A DNA stretch of 42,433 bases. Origin: an uncultured Candidatus Saccharimonas sp. Lineage in GTDB: Bacteria; Patescibacteriota; Saccharimonadia; Saccharimonadales; AWTP1-31. The notes under the pieces are model-generated. The model did not search any database. It had not been told where the DNA came from and saw nothing but the letters and a program-made list of their open reading frames with translations. Each line of letters begins with the position of its first letter. The stretch's first letter is position 1. Of this stretch, positions 1 to 9,639 are shown one piece after another. The translations under genes were made by a program, and so were the position numbers. The DNA is taken from assembly GCA_943354005.1 (NCBI GenBank), contig CALRBE010000007.1, forward strand, positions 1-42,433, given 5' to 3'.

Positions 1-171
1 TCGCTCCGAGACGGTAAGGAAAAAGAAGCTTATGGAGCTAGCAGTGCTGCTGAGAAATTCTACATTGGTCCTGAAATGTACTTCGTAAGTCCTGGAGCTG
101 GCAGTACCGGAGGAAGCACTAGTAGTGGCGATGGCTACCAGTTTATTACGACTCCGGCACCAATATTGTAG
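1..171 (+). CDS. 3' end of an unidentified CDS (partial, runs off the window start)
   Basis: Frame 1 is open from base 1 to TAG at 169-171 (57 codons, ...GSTSSGDGYQFITTPAPIL*). No recognisable motif. Confidence 0.3.
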   Translation, partial: SLRDGKEKEAYGASSAAEKFYIGPEMYFVSPGAGSTGGSTSSGDGYQFITTPAPIL

Positions 172-189
172 TAATTTAGAAAATGCTTA

Positions 190-198
190 TGGTATAAT
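190..198 (+). promoter_or_regulatory. Extended -10 promoter element (TGgTATAAT) immediately upstream of pilM
   Basis: TGGTATAAT at 190-198. The pilM ATG at 208 lies only 9 nt downstream, and there is no Shine-Dalgarno in between. Confidence 0.4.
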
Positions 199-207
199 TT
201 ATATCAT

Positions 208-1248
208 ATGAGTGTATTGAGTGGGGTAACAGAATTCTTCGGACTAGATATTGGCACATCTGCAATTAGACTTGTCGAATTGCATGGAAGTGGAAAGTCA
301 AAGTCTCTGGTTAAATACGCCTTTGTTCCTCTTGACAGCACTATATCTATTAGTGAGTCAGAATCCGACCGTGCGAAGTTAGCGCAGCTAATTAAGGGGC
401 TGGTTGAGCAATCTGGAGTTACAACTAAGAACGTTGCAGTAGGGCTTCCTTCTCAAAGAGTATTTACGACAGTTGTAGACATAGAGAAACTTAGTGATAG
501 CGATATAGCGAAGACAATTCAGTATCAGGCAGATTCGTTAATACCTACTCCAGTAGCTGAATCTAAGATAGATTGGGCAGTCTTAGGGGATTCACCAAAA
601 GACAAGGCTAAAGTTGAAATATTAATCTCCAGCGTAAGTAATTCATTCATCGAAGCCCGCTTAGAAATGCTTGAATCAATTGGACTAAATGTTATCGCCT
701 TTGAACCAGAACATATGGCTCTAACTAGAGCAGTAATTCCAAGCGGAACTGTAGCTCCCCAAGTCGTTATTGATATTGGAAACAAGGCTACTGATATTGT
801 TATTAGTATGAACGGCGCTTCAAGGCTGGCTCGTGCAATTCCTACCGGAAGTGAAGCAATCATTAGATCTGCAGTTCAATCCTTAGGAATTACTGAGCAG
901 CAGGCACAGCAATTTGTGAACAAGTTTGGACTTAACAAAGATAAACTAGAAGGACAGATCTATAATTCAATCATAGGTACCATTGATCTTCTTGTATCAG
1001 AAATTGATAAGTCTATAAAATTTTTCCAATCCCGATATCCCGGTTCACAAATTGAACGAATTATAATGACTGGTGGAGCATCTGCGTTACCAGAGTTCCC
1101 ACTATATATAGCTAATAAGTTCGGTATAAATGTTGAGATTGGTAATGCATGGAGGAATGTATCCTTTCCTTCAAATAGGCAAAATGAACTTCTTGCAGCA
1201 TCTAATCACTTTGGTGTGGCAGCAGGACTAGCGGAGAGAGACTCATGA
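208..1248 (+). CDS. pilM: Type IV pilus assembly protein PilM (actin-like ATPase fold)
   Basis: 346 aa. Has an N-terminal GLDIGTSAIRLVEL phosphate-binding-like motif and C-terminal IIMTGGASALPEF, both typical of the PilM/FtsA family. First gene of the pil block; its stop overlaps the next start (ATGA). Confidence 0.85.
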   Translation: MSVLSGVTEFFGLDIGTSAIRLVELHGSGKSKSLVKYAFVPLDSTISISESESDRAKLAQLIKGLVEQSGVTTKNVAVGLPSQRVFTTVVDIEKLSDSDIAKTIQYQADSLIPTPVAESKIDWAVLGDSPKDKAKVEILISSVSNSFIEARLEMLESIGLNVIAFEPEHMALTRAVIPSGTVAPQVVIDIGNKATDIVISMNGASRLARAIPTGSEAIIRSAVQSLGITEQQAQQFVNKFGLNKDKLEGQIYNSIIGTIDLLVSEIDKSIKFFQSRYPGSQIERIIMTGGASALPEFPLYIANKFGINVEIGNAWRNVSFPSNRQNELLAASNHFGVAAGLAERDS

Positions 1249-1943
1249 TTCAATTTAATATGCTCCCAGATGTTAAGCAGCAGTACCTTAAAGCTGCTCA
1301 AAACAAGAAAACTGCTGTTACTGCCGGTATTCTCATTACTGCAGCTTCAGTTTTTATTTTTACAATGCTATTCTTGTCTGTAAATGTCTTTCAAAAAAAT
1401 AATTTATCTGACATAAATAACGACATTAAAAGCTTAACAAAAGAATTGAAGGAAAAACCTGATTTAAACAAGATTCTTACCATTCAAAATCAGCTCAAGA
1501 GCCTTCCTGCCTTGCAGGCTCAAAAACCTGTCGTGACAAGACTCTTTCCATATTTAGCTGCGGTAACTCCAGCAAGTATTAATATTGGAGATCTTGAAGT
1601 GAGCTACCTCGACAATACTATGAAGATCGTAGGTACCGCTGATTCGTTACAATCAGTGAATAAATTCGTAGATACACTTAAATTTACGACTTATGCAATT
1701 GTTCCAACTGATGGTACAGATCCAGCACCAAGTACTACAAAACCATTCAGCGCAGTAGTTTTAAGTGATTTCACTCGATCAGATAAGGAAGTCACCTATA
1801 CAATTAAGTTATCCTTTGATCCAGTTATTTTCAATAGTGCTGATAATATAGCACTCTCAGTACCAAAGATTATATCAACACGATCTGAAACCGAGAAACC
1901 AACGGAATTATTTAAGGCTTTGCCAGAAACGAAACAGCAATAG
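1245..1943 (+). CDS. pilN: PilN-like pilus assembly protein
   Basis: 232 aa. N-terminal FNMLPD resembles the PilN INLLP motif that binds PilM. It is followed by a single TM helix and a periplasmic-type domain. 4-nt overlap with pilM. Confidence 0.6.
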   Translation: MIQFNMLPDVKQQYLKAAQNKKTAVTAGILITAASVFIFTMLFLSVNVFQKNNLSDINNDIKSLTKELKEKPDLNKILTIQNQLKSLPALQAQKPVVTRLFPYLAAVTPASINIGDLEVSYLDNTMKIVGTADSLQSVNKFVDTLKFTTYAIVPTDGTDPAPSTTKPFSAVVLSDFTRSDKEVTYTIKLSFDPVIFNSADNIALSVPKIISTRSETEKPTELFKALPETKQQ

Positions 1944-1952
1944 GAAACCCTT

Positions 1953-2627
1953 ATGGCACAAAAGCGTACATCAACAAAACGACTACAACTAAGTAAAACT
2001 CAGGCAAATACTGTCTCACTGATTGCAGCGGCTGTTTTCATAACAGTATTTTCTTTAGTATCATGCCGAGCCCTTTGGCAACAAAGATCCTACCAAGCAA
2101 AAGTAATTAGTAAGAAGAAGGAGGCTCTGCAGGTTCTTGAACAAAATAAGGATGCAGTTCCAGGACTCGAGGCTGCTTACAAAGATTTTGTAAGCTCTCC
2201 AACAAATATTATTGACGGTAACCCAAATGGAACGGGTGAGAAAGACGGTGATAATGCGCGCATTGTTCTAGACGCTCTACCAAGTAAATACGATTTTCCA
2301 GCCCTTGCAACTAGCATTGAGAAATTACTTATTGATCGTAATTTTAAGGTTGAGAGCATAAGAGGTATTGACGACGAAATTGCACAATCTACCAAAAAAG
2401 AAAGCGGCACTCCACAGCCTGTTCCTATGCCATACCAGATCACTGTCAGCGGATCCGCTACCTCCATTCAGGATTTGCTATCTGTTTTTGAGCGATCGAT
2501 ACGGCCTTTTTCTACAGACAAGCTAGTCTTTAAGGGAAGCGCCGACAATTTGCAGATGACACTAGATGGTAAAACCTACTATCAGCCTGAGAAGACATTA
2601 GACATTAGATTGGAGACGGTAAAATAG
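1953..2627 (+). CDS. PilO-like pilus assembly protein
   Basis: 224 aa with a basic N-terminus, one TM helix, a coiled-coil-like segment and then a globular domain. Sits in the position after pilN. Confidence 0.5.
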   Translation: MAQKRTSTKRLQLSKTQANTVSLIAAAVFITVFSLVSCRALWQQRSYQAKVISKKKEALQVLEQNKDAVPGLEAAYKDFVSSPTNIIDGNPNGTGEKDGDNARIVLDALPSKYDFPALATSIEKLLIDRNFKVESIRGIDDEIAQSTKKESGTPQPVPMPYQITVSGSATSIQDLLSVFERSIRPFSTDKLVFKGSADNLQMTLDGKTYYQPEKTLDIRLETVK

Positions 2628-2628
2628 T

Positions 2629-2886
2629 ATGAAACAAAAAGATATAGCATTATTTGGAGTTGTAGCTATTATAAGCGCAGTTTTTTCCGTCTTACTTTCT
2701 GGGGTTCTAATTACTCCACCTAAAAATAAAAAGCAAAAAGCCGAGGTCGTTTCTGTCATATCAAAAGATTTTCCAACTCCTGCAGCAAATGATAAATTCT
2801 TCAATAAGAACTCAATTAATCCAACAAAACAGATTCAGATTGGTGATAATCCGAATAACGATAAGCCTTTCAATGGTGCAAATTAA
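2629..2886 (+). CDS. Small single-pass membrane protein in the pil operon
   Basis: 85 aa with an N-terminal TM helix (IALFGVVAIISAVFSVLLSGVLI). Starts 2 nt after the upstream stop. No recognisable family. Confidence 0.45.
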   Translation: MKQKDIALFGVVAIISAVFSVLLSGVLITPPKNKKQKAEVVSVISKDFPTPAANDKFFNKNSINPTKQIQIGDNPNNDKPFNGAN

Positions 2887-2908
2887 TAGAAGGTTTCAGT
2901 AATAAAAA

Positions 2909-4705
2909 ATGAGTGTACTTTCAGCTACGGCTCAGCAGCAGGTTGAAGATAGCCTAGTTGCTCAGAAATTAATTTCAGCAGAAGAGCTAACTCAATTACA
3001 CGAGCGCTCCGAAAAGGAAAATGTACCCGTCCTAAGCCTATTAGTTAGTGAAGCACATATAACCGACGAAGACCTGACAAGAACTACTGCAAAAGTAGCA
3101 AATGTTCCATATGTTAATCTCAGTGATGCTCGAATCAATGGGGATGTTCTGGCGCTACTTCCACGTGATATTGCTGAACGCTATATGGCGGTTCCGCTTG
3201 GAGAAATGCAGCATAGGCTTGTAGTCGCCATGCTTGATGCTGATAACGTGCAGGCAGCAGACTTTCTATCAAACAAGATAGGCCGTCCAGTTAAGGTATA
3301 CGCTGCAAGCGAGACTGGAATACAAAAAATTCTTAAGCAATATTCTGAGCGACTGGATAGCAGCGGCATGGTAGGCGAGCTGAATGCCGTATCTGCCGCC
3401 GCAAACAAGGAAGCCAGCGATAAGGCAACTACCTCTTCTCAAGAGTCAATTCAAACGATCGTACAAGACTCTCCAATTAGCAAAGCGCTATCGACGATAA
3501 TGGAGTATGCGGCAAAAAATAGGGCCAGTGATATTCATATTGAGCCACTTGAGAAGACTTTAAAGATTCGTGCGCGAATAGACGGTATCTTAAGAGAAAT
3601 AATGCAACTTCCAAAAAGTACTGAAGCACCCCTGGTCTCAAGAATTAAGATCCTCTCTAACTTAAAGATTGATGAGCATCGTATCCCTCAAGACGGTGGT
3701 TTTGCGATCATGGTAGACAAGCGAGCTATAGATCTACGTATCGCAATTAGCCCTGTGGTCTGGGGAGAGCAAGTAGTTATAAGGCTTTTAGACAAGAGCG
3801 GAACAAGCTTAAATCTGGCCGACATGGGCTACCATGGTCGAGCTTTAAAGACTATCAAGAGGGCACTTAAACAGCCCAATGGCATGATCTTGACTAGTGG
3901 ACCGACAGGTTCAGGTAAATCTACATCATTGTACGCACTTTTGCAGGAGATCAAGGACGATACTGTTAATATAGTTACGCTCGAGGATCCGGTGGAATAC
4001 AAAATGCAGGGAATTAATCAAATACAAGTGAATGCCGAAGTAGGACTTACATTTGCTACAGGGCTGAGATCTATATTACGTCAAGACCCAGATATTGTGA
4101 TGGTTGGGGAAATCCGCGACAAGGAGACTGCACAGCTTGCTGTACAGGCAGCCTTAACCGGACACCTTGTATTTAGCACGCTACACACTAACTCTGCAGC
4201 AGGAATTCTTCCTCGACTCCTCGATATGGGTATCGAACCATTCCTTATAGCAAGTACAGTACACACAGTTATTGGCCAGCGTCTCGTTCGCCGTACTGCA
4301 GATGACAGAACTTCATATCAATCAGATAAAGCTGAAACCGCTGCAATTCAAGCAACATTAGGGAATCTTTTACCAGGCAGCGCCGCGGAAAGAGCAAAAG
4401 TCGCAGAAGATATTGGCTACGATAACTTGCCACTTAAGGGTCAAAACGCTTATACTTTATTCAAGGGCAAAGATGCTCCAGAAACGCCAGGTGGTTACAA
4501 AGGGCGTATGGGACTTTATGAAGTATTTGAAATCAGCGAACCCATACAGGACCTAATCCTTAAGCGATCTACAAGTGCTGAAATCCAAAAAGCAGCACGC
4601 GCAGAAGGAATGGTGACCATGAAGGAAGATGGGTATCTCAAAGCCTTAACAGGACAAACAACTTTAGAAGAAGTTAACAGGGTAGCCGCGACAGATAGCG
4701 CATAA
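2909..4705 (+). CDS. pilB: Type IV pilus assembly (extension) ATPase PilB/GspE family
   Basis: 598 aa. Walker A GPTGSGKST, Walker B-like DPDIVMVGEIRD and His box TGHLVFSTLHTN are present. It has a long N-terminal GspE_N-type extension. Confidence 0.93.
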   Translation: MSVLSATAQQQVEDSLVAQKLISAEELTQLHERSEKENVPVLSLLVSEAHITDEDLTRTTAKVANVPYVNLSDARINGDVLALLPRDIAERYMAVPLGEMQHRLVVAMLDADNVQAADFLSNKIGRPVKVYAASETGIQKILKQYSERLDSSGMVGELNAVSAAANKEASDKATTSSQESIQTIVQDSPISKALSTIMEYAAKNRASDIHIEPLEKTLKIRARIDGILREIMQLPKSTEAPLVSRIKILSNLKIDEHRIPQDGGFAIMVDKRAIDLRIAISPVVWGEQVVIRLLDKSGTSLNLADMGYHGRALKTIKRALKQPNGMILTSGPTGSGKSTSLYALLQEIKDDTVNIVTLEDPVEYKMQGINQIQVNAEVGLTFATGLRSILRQDPDIVMVGEIRDKETAQLAVQAALTGHLVFSTLHTNSAAGILPRLLDMGIEPFLIASTVHTVIGQRLVRRTADDRTSYQSDKAETAAIQATLGNLLPGSAAERAKVAEDIGYDNLPLKGQNAYTLFKGKDAPETPGGYKGRMGLYEVFEISEPIQDLILKRSTSAEIQKAARAEGMVTMKEDGYLKALTGQTTLEEVNRVAATDSA

Positions 4706-4729
4706 GATCATTAAAGGGTAGGGAAACAC

Positions 4730-5791
4730 ATGCAACCAAGAATAGAATTATTACTAGAAGAAGTTATTAAGAAGAAAGCTTCCGATCTTCACCTCCAGGT
4801 AAGTCTTCCGCCAATGCTACGCATTGATAGTTCTTTGACTCCAGTTGCTGGCGCAGCACCACTAACTGAAGAAACAATTGAAACACTAATTTTTGCAATT
4901 CTTGAAGAAGACCAGAAGCAAATACTTCTTAAAGATAAGGAGTTTGACTTTTCTTTTGCTTTTGGAGACCTCGGCCGTTTTCGTGTAAATGCCTTTCATG
5001 AAAGAGGTAACTTAGCGGCGGCACTACGACTTATTCCTACCGAAATTCTAACCATAGAGCAGCTTGGCCTGCCTCCTATAGTAAATAAATTTGCTGATTA
5101 CCCACGTGGATTGGTTCTAGTAACAGGTCCAACAGGCTCTGGAAAGTCTACCTCTCTCGCAGCTTTGGTTAATAAAATTAACCATGAGCGGTCAACACAC
5201 ATTCTAACAATTGAAGATCCTATTGAGTACACTCATAAGTCAATTAAGTCTGTTATAGTCCAGAGAGAAGTTCATTATGATACATATTCATTCTCTGCAG
5301 CTCTCCGATCTAGTCTTCGACAAGATCCAGACGTTGTTCTTATAGGTGAAATGCGTGACCTTGAGTCTATAAGTGCAGCGATTACGATTGCTGAAACCGG
5401 TCACTTAGTTTTTGCGACCCTACACACCAACTCTGCATCACAAAGTATCGATCGTATGGTTGACGTCTTTCCGCCTCACCAGCAGCCTCAGATTCGTTCA
5501 CAGCTTGCCAATATACTTATGGCTATATGCTCACAAAGACTTGTTCCTTCAATCGGAGGCGGTCGAGTAGCTGCAGCAGAAATTCTCATAGCAACTCCAG
5601 CTGTACGAAATATTATTCGTGAAGGCAAGAGCCATCAGCTAGAAGCCGTGATCCAAACCGGAGCTGAGTTTGGTATGCAATCGTTGGATAAGACACTAGT
5701 TAACCTAATCCACAATGGGACCATAACTTACGATGAAGCGCGTACGTTTGCTGTCGACCAAGATGAGTTAGATAGGCTCATGAGGGGCTAG
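4730..5791 (+). CDS. pilT: Twitching-motility (retraction) ATPase PilT
   Basis: 353 aa. Motifs: GPTGSGKSTS, DPDVVLIGEMRD, TGHLVFATLHTN and the PilT-type AVRNIIREGK motif. No N-terminal extension. Confidence 0.93.
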   Translation: MQPRIELLLEEVIKKKASDLHLQVSLPPMLRIDSSLTPVAGAAPLTEETIETLIFAILEEDQKQILLKDKEFDFSFAFGDLGRFRVNAFHERGNLAAALRLIPTEILTIEQLGLPPIVNKFADYPRGLVLVTGPTGSGKSTSLAALVNKINHERSTHILTIEDPIEYTHKSIKSVIVQREVHYDTYSFSAALRSSLRQDPDVVLIGEMRDLESISAAITIAETGHLVFATLHTNSASQSIDRMVDVFPPHQQPQIRSQLANILMAICSQRLVPSIGGGRVAAAEILIATPAVRNIIREGKSHQLEAVIQTGAEFGMQSLDKTLVNLIHNGTITYDEARTFAVDQDELDRLMRG

Positions 5792-5798
5792 AAGCATC

Positions 5799-7016
5799 AT
5801 GATTATTTATGAATATACAGCTCGTAATGCTTCAACAGGGCAGAAGATCAAGGCAGAAGTAGAAGCTGAAAATATCCAGAGTGCCGCTAGTCTCATAAAA
5901 AACCAGGGGCTATCGCCTCTAGACATTAAACCTAAGGCTGCCACATCGACTGGTTTTAAGAAATACTTCAACCGTATAAAGACTAACGATAAGGTGCTTT
6001 TTTCAAGACAGCTTTCAACCCTCATCAACGCTGGGTTGCCTCTTGTGCAGAGTCTTAGAAACGTTGCACAACAGACCGAAAATAAGTACCTTAAAGTTAT
6101 TATTACACAAGTAATTTCAGATGTTGAAGGTGGTGTATCGCTTGCATCGGCACTTGAAAAACACTTAAATGCATTCAATAAAGTGTTTATAAGCATGGTA
6201 GCAGCAGGGGAAGCTTCTGGAACTTTAGATAAAGCTCTTGAAAGACTTGCCAATCAGCAGGAAAAAGATGCTGAAATTCTTGGCAAGGTACGTGGAGCAA
6301 TGATCTACCCTCTAGTAGTGCTTGCTGTGATGTTTGCAGTTATTGGATTTATGATAGTAAAAGTGCTGCCTCAAGTAGAAATCTTATACCAAGATTTACC
6401 TGGAGCCTCACTGCCGCTAGTAACTAGGATTTTACTAAGTATATCTAAAGCAGTAACCAAGTTCTGGTATGCAGTTGTTATAGCTCTTGGAATATTCGCA
6501 GTTATTATGAACAGATGGGCTAAAACAGAATCTGGAAAAAGTTTCGTAGATGGACTAAAAATGAAAATATGGCCAGTCGGTCCATTGTTTATGAAGCTCT
6601 ATATGGCACGTTTCGCAAGAACAGGGGCAACCCTAGTAAGTAGCGGCGTACCATTACTGCAGATGCTTGATATAACTGGAGATGCAATATCAAACGTTCA
6701 TGTTGAAGATTCCTTAAAAAAAGCAGCCGAAAAGGTAAAAGGAGGGAAGGCTCTCTCTGAGGCACTTGAAAATGATCCAAACTTTTTACAGCTTGTTCCA
6801 AATATGATTCAGATTGGCGAACAATCTGGTGCATTAGAACAAATGTTGGAAAAAATCGCCGATTATTACGAGAAGGAAGTCGACGAACAAATTAGAAACG
6901 TATCAAGCATTATCGAGCCAGTGTTGATGGTTATTTTAGGTATTTTTGCCTTTATTGTAGTTGCGGCTGTTCTGCTACCTATATATGGCTTGGCAGGGCA
7001 GAACTTCACTAATTAA
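5799..7016 (+). CDS. pilC: Type IV pilus platform protein PilC (GspF family)
   Basis: 405 aa with a duplicated T2SSF-type repeat (FSRQLSTLINAGLPLVQSL / FARTGATLVSSGVPLLQML) and three TM segments. Confidence 0.92.
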   Translation: MIIYEYTARNASTGQKIKAEVEAENIQSAASLIKNQGLSPLDIKPKAATSTGFKKYFNRIKTNDKVLFSRQLSTLINAGLPLVQSLRNVAQQTENKYLKVIITQVISDVEGGVSLASALEKHLNAFNKVFISMVAAGEASGTLDKALERLANQQEKDAEILGKVRGAMIYPLVVLAVMFAVIGFMIVKVLPQVEILYQDLPGASLPLVTRILLSISKAVTKFWYAVVIALGIFAVIMNRWAKTESGKSFVDGLKMKIWPVGPLFMKLYMARFARTGATLVSSGVPLLQMLDITGDAISNVHVEDSLKKAAEKVKGGKALSEALENDPNFLQLVPNMIQIGEQSGALEQMLEKIADYYEKEVDEQIRNVSSIIEPVLMVILGIFAFIVVAAVLLPIYGLAGQNFTN

Positions 7017-7089
7017 AAGCTTGTATTTTATTTTTAAAAACGTATTATAATAAGCATAAGTAATTAAGATCTTAAGGGGGGCATTAAGA

Positions 7090-7551
7090 ATGCTAAACAA
7101 AATCAAAAAAGATAATAAAGGATTCACGATCATCGAAGTATTGATCGTTCTTGCAATCGCAGGATTAATTCTTCTAGTTGTGTTCCTTGCTGTACCAGCG
7201 CTACAAAGGCAGTCAAGAAATACTCAGCTTAAAGCCGCTGTCACTAGTGTGCTTGGAGGAATCACTGATTTTAGTGCAACTTATGATGGCACGGTCCCAA
7301 CCTCTATTACTACGACAGACGGTTTAGTGACTATTTCCAGCAGCACGACTAAAAAGGTGGAAGCTAAAATTAACAAAGGTTTAACTGCAACTCTTTCTAC
7401 TGGTACTGGTGATATTAAAGTAACAATAGGTAAGACATGTAATGCTGACGGAAATGACGTTGGTCCAGATGGTACTGCTCGAAATGTTGCAATCGTATAT
7501 AGTCCTGAGAATTCAGATGGTACTGTGACTAAAAAATGTGATAATGGCTAA
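7090..7551 (+). CDS. pilA: Major type IV pilin (prepilin)
   Basis: 153 aa. Class III signal KG|FTIIEVLIVLAIAGL with Glu at +5. Two C-terminal Cys (KTCNADG...KKCDNG) are consistent with a disulfide D-region. Strong RBS (AAGGGGGG) upstream and its own terminator downstream. Confidence 0.85.
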   Translation: MLNKIKKDNKGFTIIEVLIVLAIAGLILLVVFLAVPALQRQSRNTQLKAAVTSVLGGITDFSATYDGTVPTSITTTDGLVTISSSTTKKVEAKINKGLTATLSTGTGDIKVTIGKTCNADGNDVGPDGTARNVAIVYSPENSDGTVTKKCDNG

Positions 7552-7570
7552 ATTTAGCTAGATACATATA

Positions 7571-7599
7571 AAAAAACAGCCCAAATGGGCTGTTTTTTT
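7571..7599 (+). terminator. Rho-independent terminator after the pilin gene
   Basis: ACAGCCC-aaat-GGGCTGT stem flanked by an A-run and a T7 run. Confidence 0.8.
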
Positions 7600-7616
7600 A
7601 TGATAAAATTAATCTA

Positions 7617-8438
7617 GTGATTATTCTTATTCTTTTTGTTCTTGGACTATGCTTTGGCAGTTTTATTAATGCTCTTGTATGGCGTATTCATCTTCAGGCA
7701 AAGGCTACATCTAAAAAGAAGCAAGAAGAGCTTTCCATAGTACATGGACGTTCGATGTGTATGTACTGTAAGCACCAGCTGAGCTTCTGGGACCTGATTC
7801 CAGTTATTAGCTGGGTAATGCTTAAGGGGAGATGTAGATACTGTCATCGTAAATATCCTGACACTCCAGTTCCAGAACTACTTACACCTTTACTCTTTAT
7901 ATTCTCGTATGTTTTTTGGCCCATGTCATTTGATGCGAAAGGTACTACCTTATTTATTTTCTGGCTTATCTTTTTGACAGGGTTCATCGCCTTAGCGCTG
8001 TATGATCGTAAATGGTATTTGCTGCCTAATCGAATTATCTTTCCTCTTTATTTTGTAATTGCAGTTCAGATTATTGCTTCATTAGCTTTCTTTAACCTTG
8101 GTTTAGACGGTCTACTATTGACCGTTGCTTCTATATTGGTTGGGGGAGGTATATTTTATGTCCTGTTCCAGATTTCTCACAGTAAATGGATAGGGGGAGG
8201 AGATGTTAAACTTGGATTTCTTATAGGTGCAATACTTGGCGATCCTTTAAAGTGCGTATTATTTATTTTTCTAGCATCGCTTATTGGTACGCTTGTATCT
8301 ATTCCTATGCTTGTTACTGGCAAGATGAAGCGAACTAGTCATTTACCGTTTGGGCCTTTTTTACTAATTTCAGCCTTTATAGTTGTATTATTCGGAAGTA
8401 GCTTAATACAAGCTTACCGCTCTTTAATAGGTTTATAG
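7617..8438 (+). CDS. pilD: Prepilin peptidase / N-methyltransferase PilD (A24 family)
   Basis: 273 aa with a GTG start. Has the CxxC...CxxC pair (CMYCKH...CRYCHRK), catalytic Asp contexts (ALYDRKW and GGGDVKLG) and is polytopic. Confidence 0.9.
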   Translation: MIILILFVLGLCFGSFINALVWRIHLQAKATSKKKQEELSIVHGRSMCMYCKHQLSFWDLIPVISWVMLKGRCRYCHRKYPDTPVPELLTPLLFIFSYVFWPMSFDAKGTTLFIFWLIFLTGFIALALYDRKWYLLPNRIIFPLYFVIAVQIIASLAFFNLGLDGLLLTVASILVGGGIFYVLFQISHSKWIGGGDVKLGFLIGAILGDPLKCVLFIFLASLIGTLVSIPMLVTGKMKRTSHLPFGPFLLISAFIVVLFGSSLIQAYRSLIGL

Positions 8439-8476
8439 CTCTAGCTAGGCGAGCCGCTTATGCTATACTTAGTAGC

Positions 8477-9244
8477 ATGAAGAGTGGGCTTAAATCCCGA
8501 GGATTTACAATTGTCGAAGTACTAATATTCCTAGCGGTATCTAGTGCTTTAATGGTTAGTGCATTTGCATTAATATCCGGGTCTCAAAATAAAGCATCGT
8601 TTACTCAAAGTATTAATGATGTACAGCAGCAGATAGACTCTGTTATTAATAACGTGGCTAATGGATATTATTCCGCAGGTGAGACACAGAACAAATGCAC
8701 ACTCGATGGTAATGGTAAGCCTAAATTTGATCCCGACGTCGAAGTCAATAGAGGGAGTAGTGCCCTATGCATTTTCTTAGGCCGATTTATAGCATTTGAA
8801 GATGGCAGCGATAAATACACTGTCTACAATGTAGCAGGAAGACGGCAGATAGCTGGAAATGACGTGAAAAGAATGCTCGAAGCCAAACCGACAGTTATTG
8901 TTGGGACTGAACAAGAATACACATTGAAAAACGGATTAACTTTCAAAAGTAACAATGGCATTAACGCCTTTGGTTTTTTTAATGGCTTAGGTGCATCCTC
9001 CGGAGTAAGTGATCAGCTTAATTCAGGTTACCAGCAAGCAAGTTTTTTTGGCTTTAAATCTAGTGCTATTGAACCGCTGCCTGGATACTTTGAATTATTA
9101 TTTGATCAGTTAAAGAACCCGACTGATGGATACGCGCTATGTTTTAATAGCGGTACAACAAACCAAAGCGGAGTAATCACAATTGGAGGCAGTGATCGTG
9201 CTGCCACTAGCTCACTAGAAATTAAGGGCGGGTCATGTCCATGA
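8477..9244 (+). CDS. Minor pilin / pseudopilin (prepilin-type N-terminus)
   Basis: 255 aa. SRG|FTIVEVLIFLAVSSAL class III signal with Glu+5. Confidence 0.7.
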   Translation: MKSGLKSRGFTIVEVLIFLAVSSALMVSAFALISGSQNKASFTQSINDVQQQIDSVINNVANGYYSAGETQNKCTLDGNGKPKFDPDVEVNRGSSALCIFLGRFIAFEDGSDKYTVYNVAGRRQIAGNDVKRMLEAKPTVIVGTEQEYTLKNGLTFKSNNGINAFGFFNGLGASSGVSDQLNSGYQQASFFGFKSSAIEPLPGYFELLFDQLKNPTDGYALCFNSGTTNQSGVITIGGSDRAATSSLEIKGGSCP

Positions 9245-9639
9245 GTTTAAAATTGAAACAGCGCGGCGATACGATTGTAGAGGTTCTAATAGCTACTGCA
9301 GTCGTGAGTCTAGTATTGACAGGCGCCATGGCCATATCTAACAGCAGCCTTAAGCGGATTAGGGGTGCTCAGGAGCGTAGTGAAGCCCAAGCATATGCAC
9401 AATCTACTGTGGAGCTGCTAGATGGATATACGGGTCAAATTACTCGTAATTGCCTGTACATTGATGGCGGGGTAATAAAAGCAGCAAACGAAGGAGACAC
9501 TAATTACTGCATCTTTACTAGGTATACCCAATTAGTTACTTATAACCAAGCTGAAGATAGCTATAAAGTAACAGTTACATGGGACGGCATTACAGGTAAC
9601 CAGGAAACATTAACATTAGATTATAGGACTGAAAAATGA
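9235..9639 (+). CDS. Minor pilin (PilV/GspI-like)
   Basis: 134 aa. RG|DTIVEVLIATAVVSL prepilin-like N-terminus. 10-nt overlap with the upstream gene. Confidence 0.65.
   Translation: MSMSLKLKQRGDTIVEVLIATAVVSLVLTGAMAISNSSLKRIRGAQERSEAQAYAQSTVELLDGYTGQITRNCLYIDGGVIKAANEGDTNYCIFTRYTQLVTYNQAEDSYKVTVTWDGITGNQETLTLDYRTEK

Noticed and set aside
525-863. Antisense or nested ORFs inside long CDSs (e.g. 525-863, 5807-6253, 16077-16337, 19380-19658, 36616-36927, 36976-37371, 40539-40886, 42046-42369)
   Set aside because: These are shadow ORFs opposite to, or out of frame with, strongly supported genes. Their composition is low-complexity or biased, and they have no RBS.
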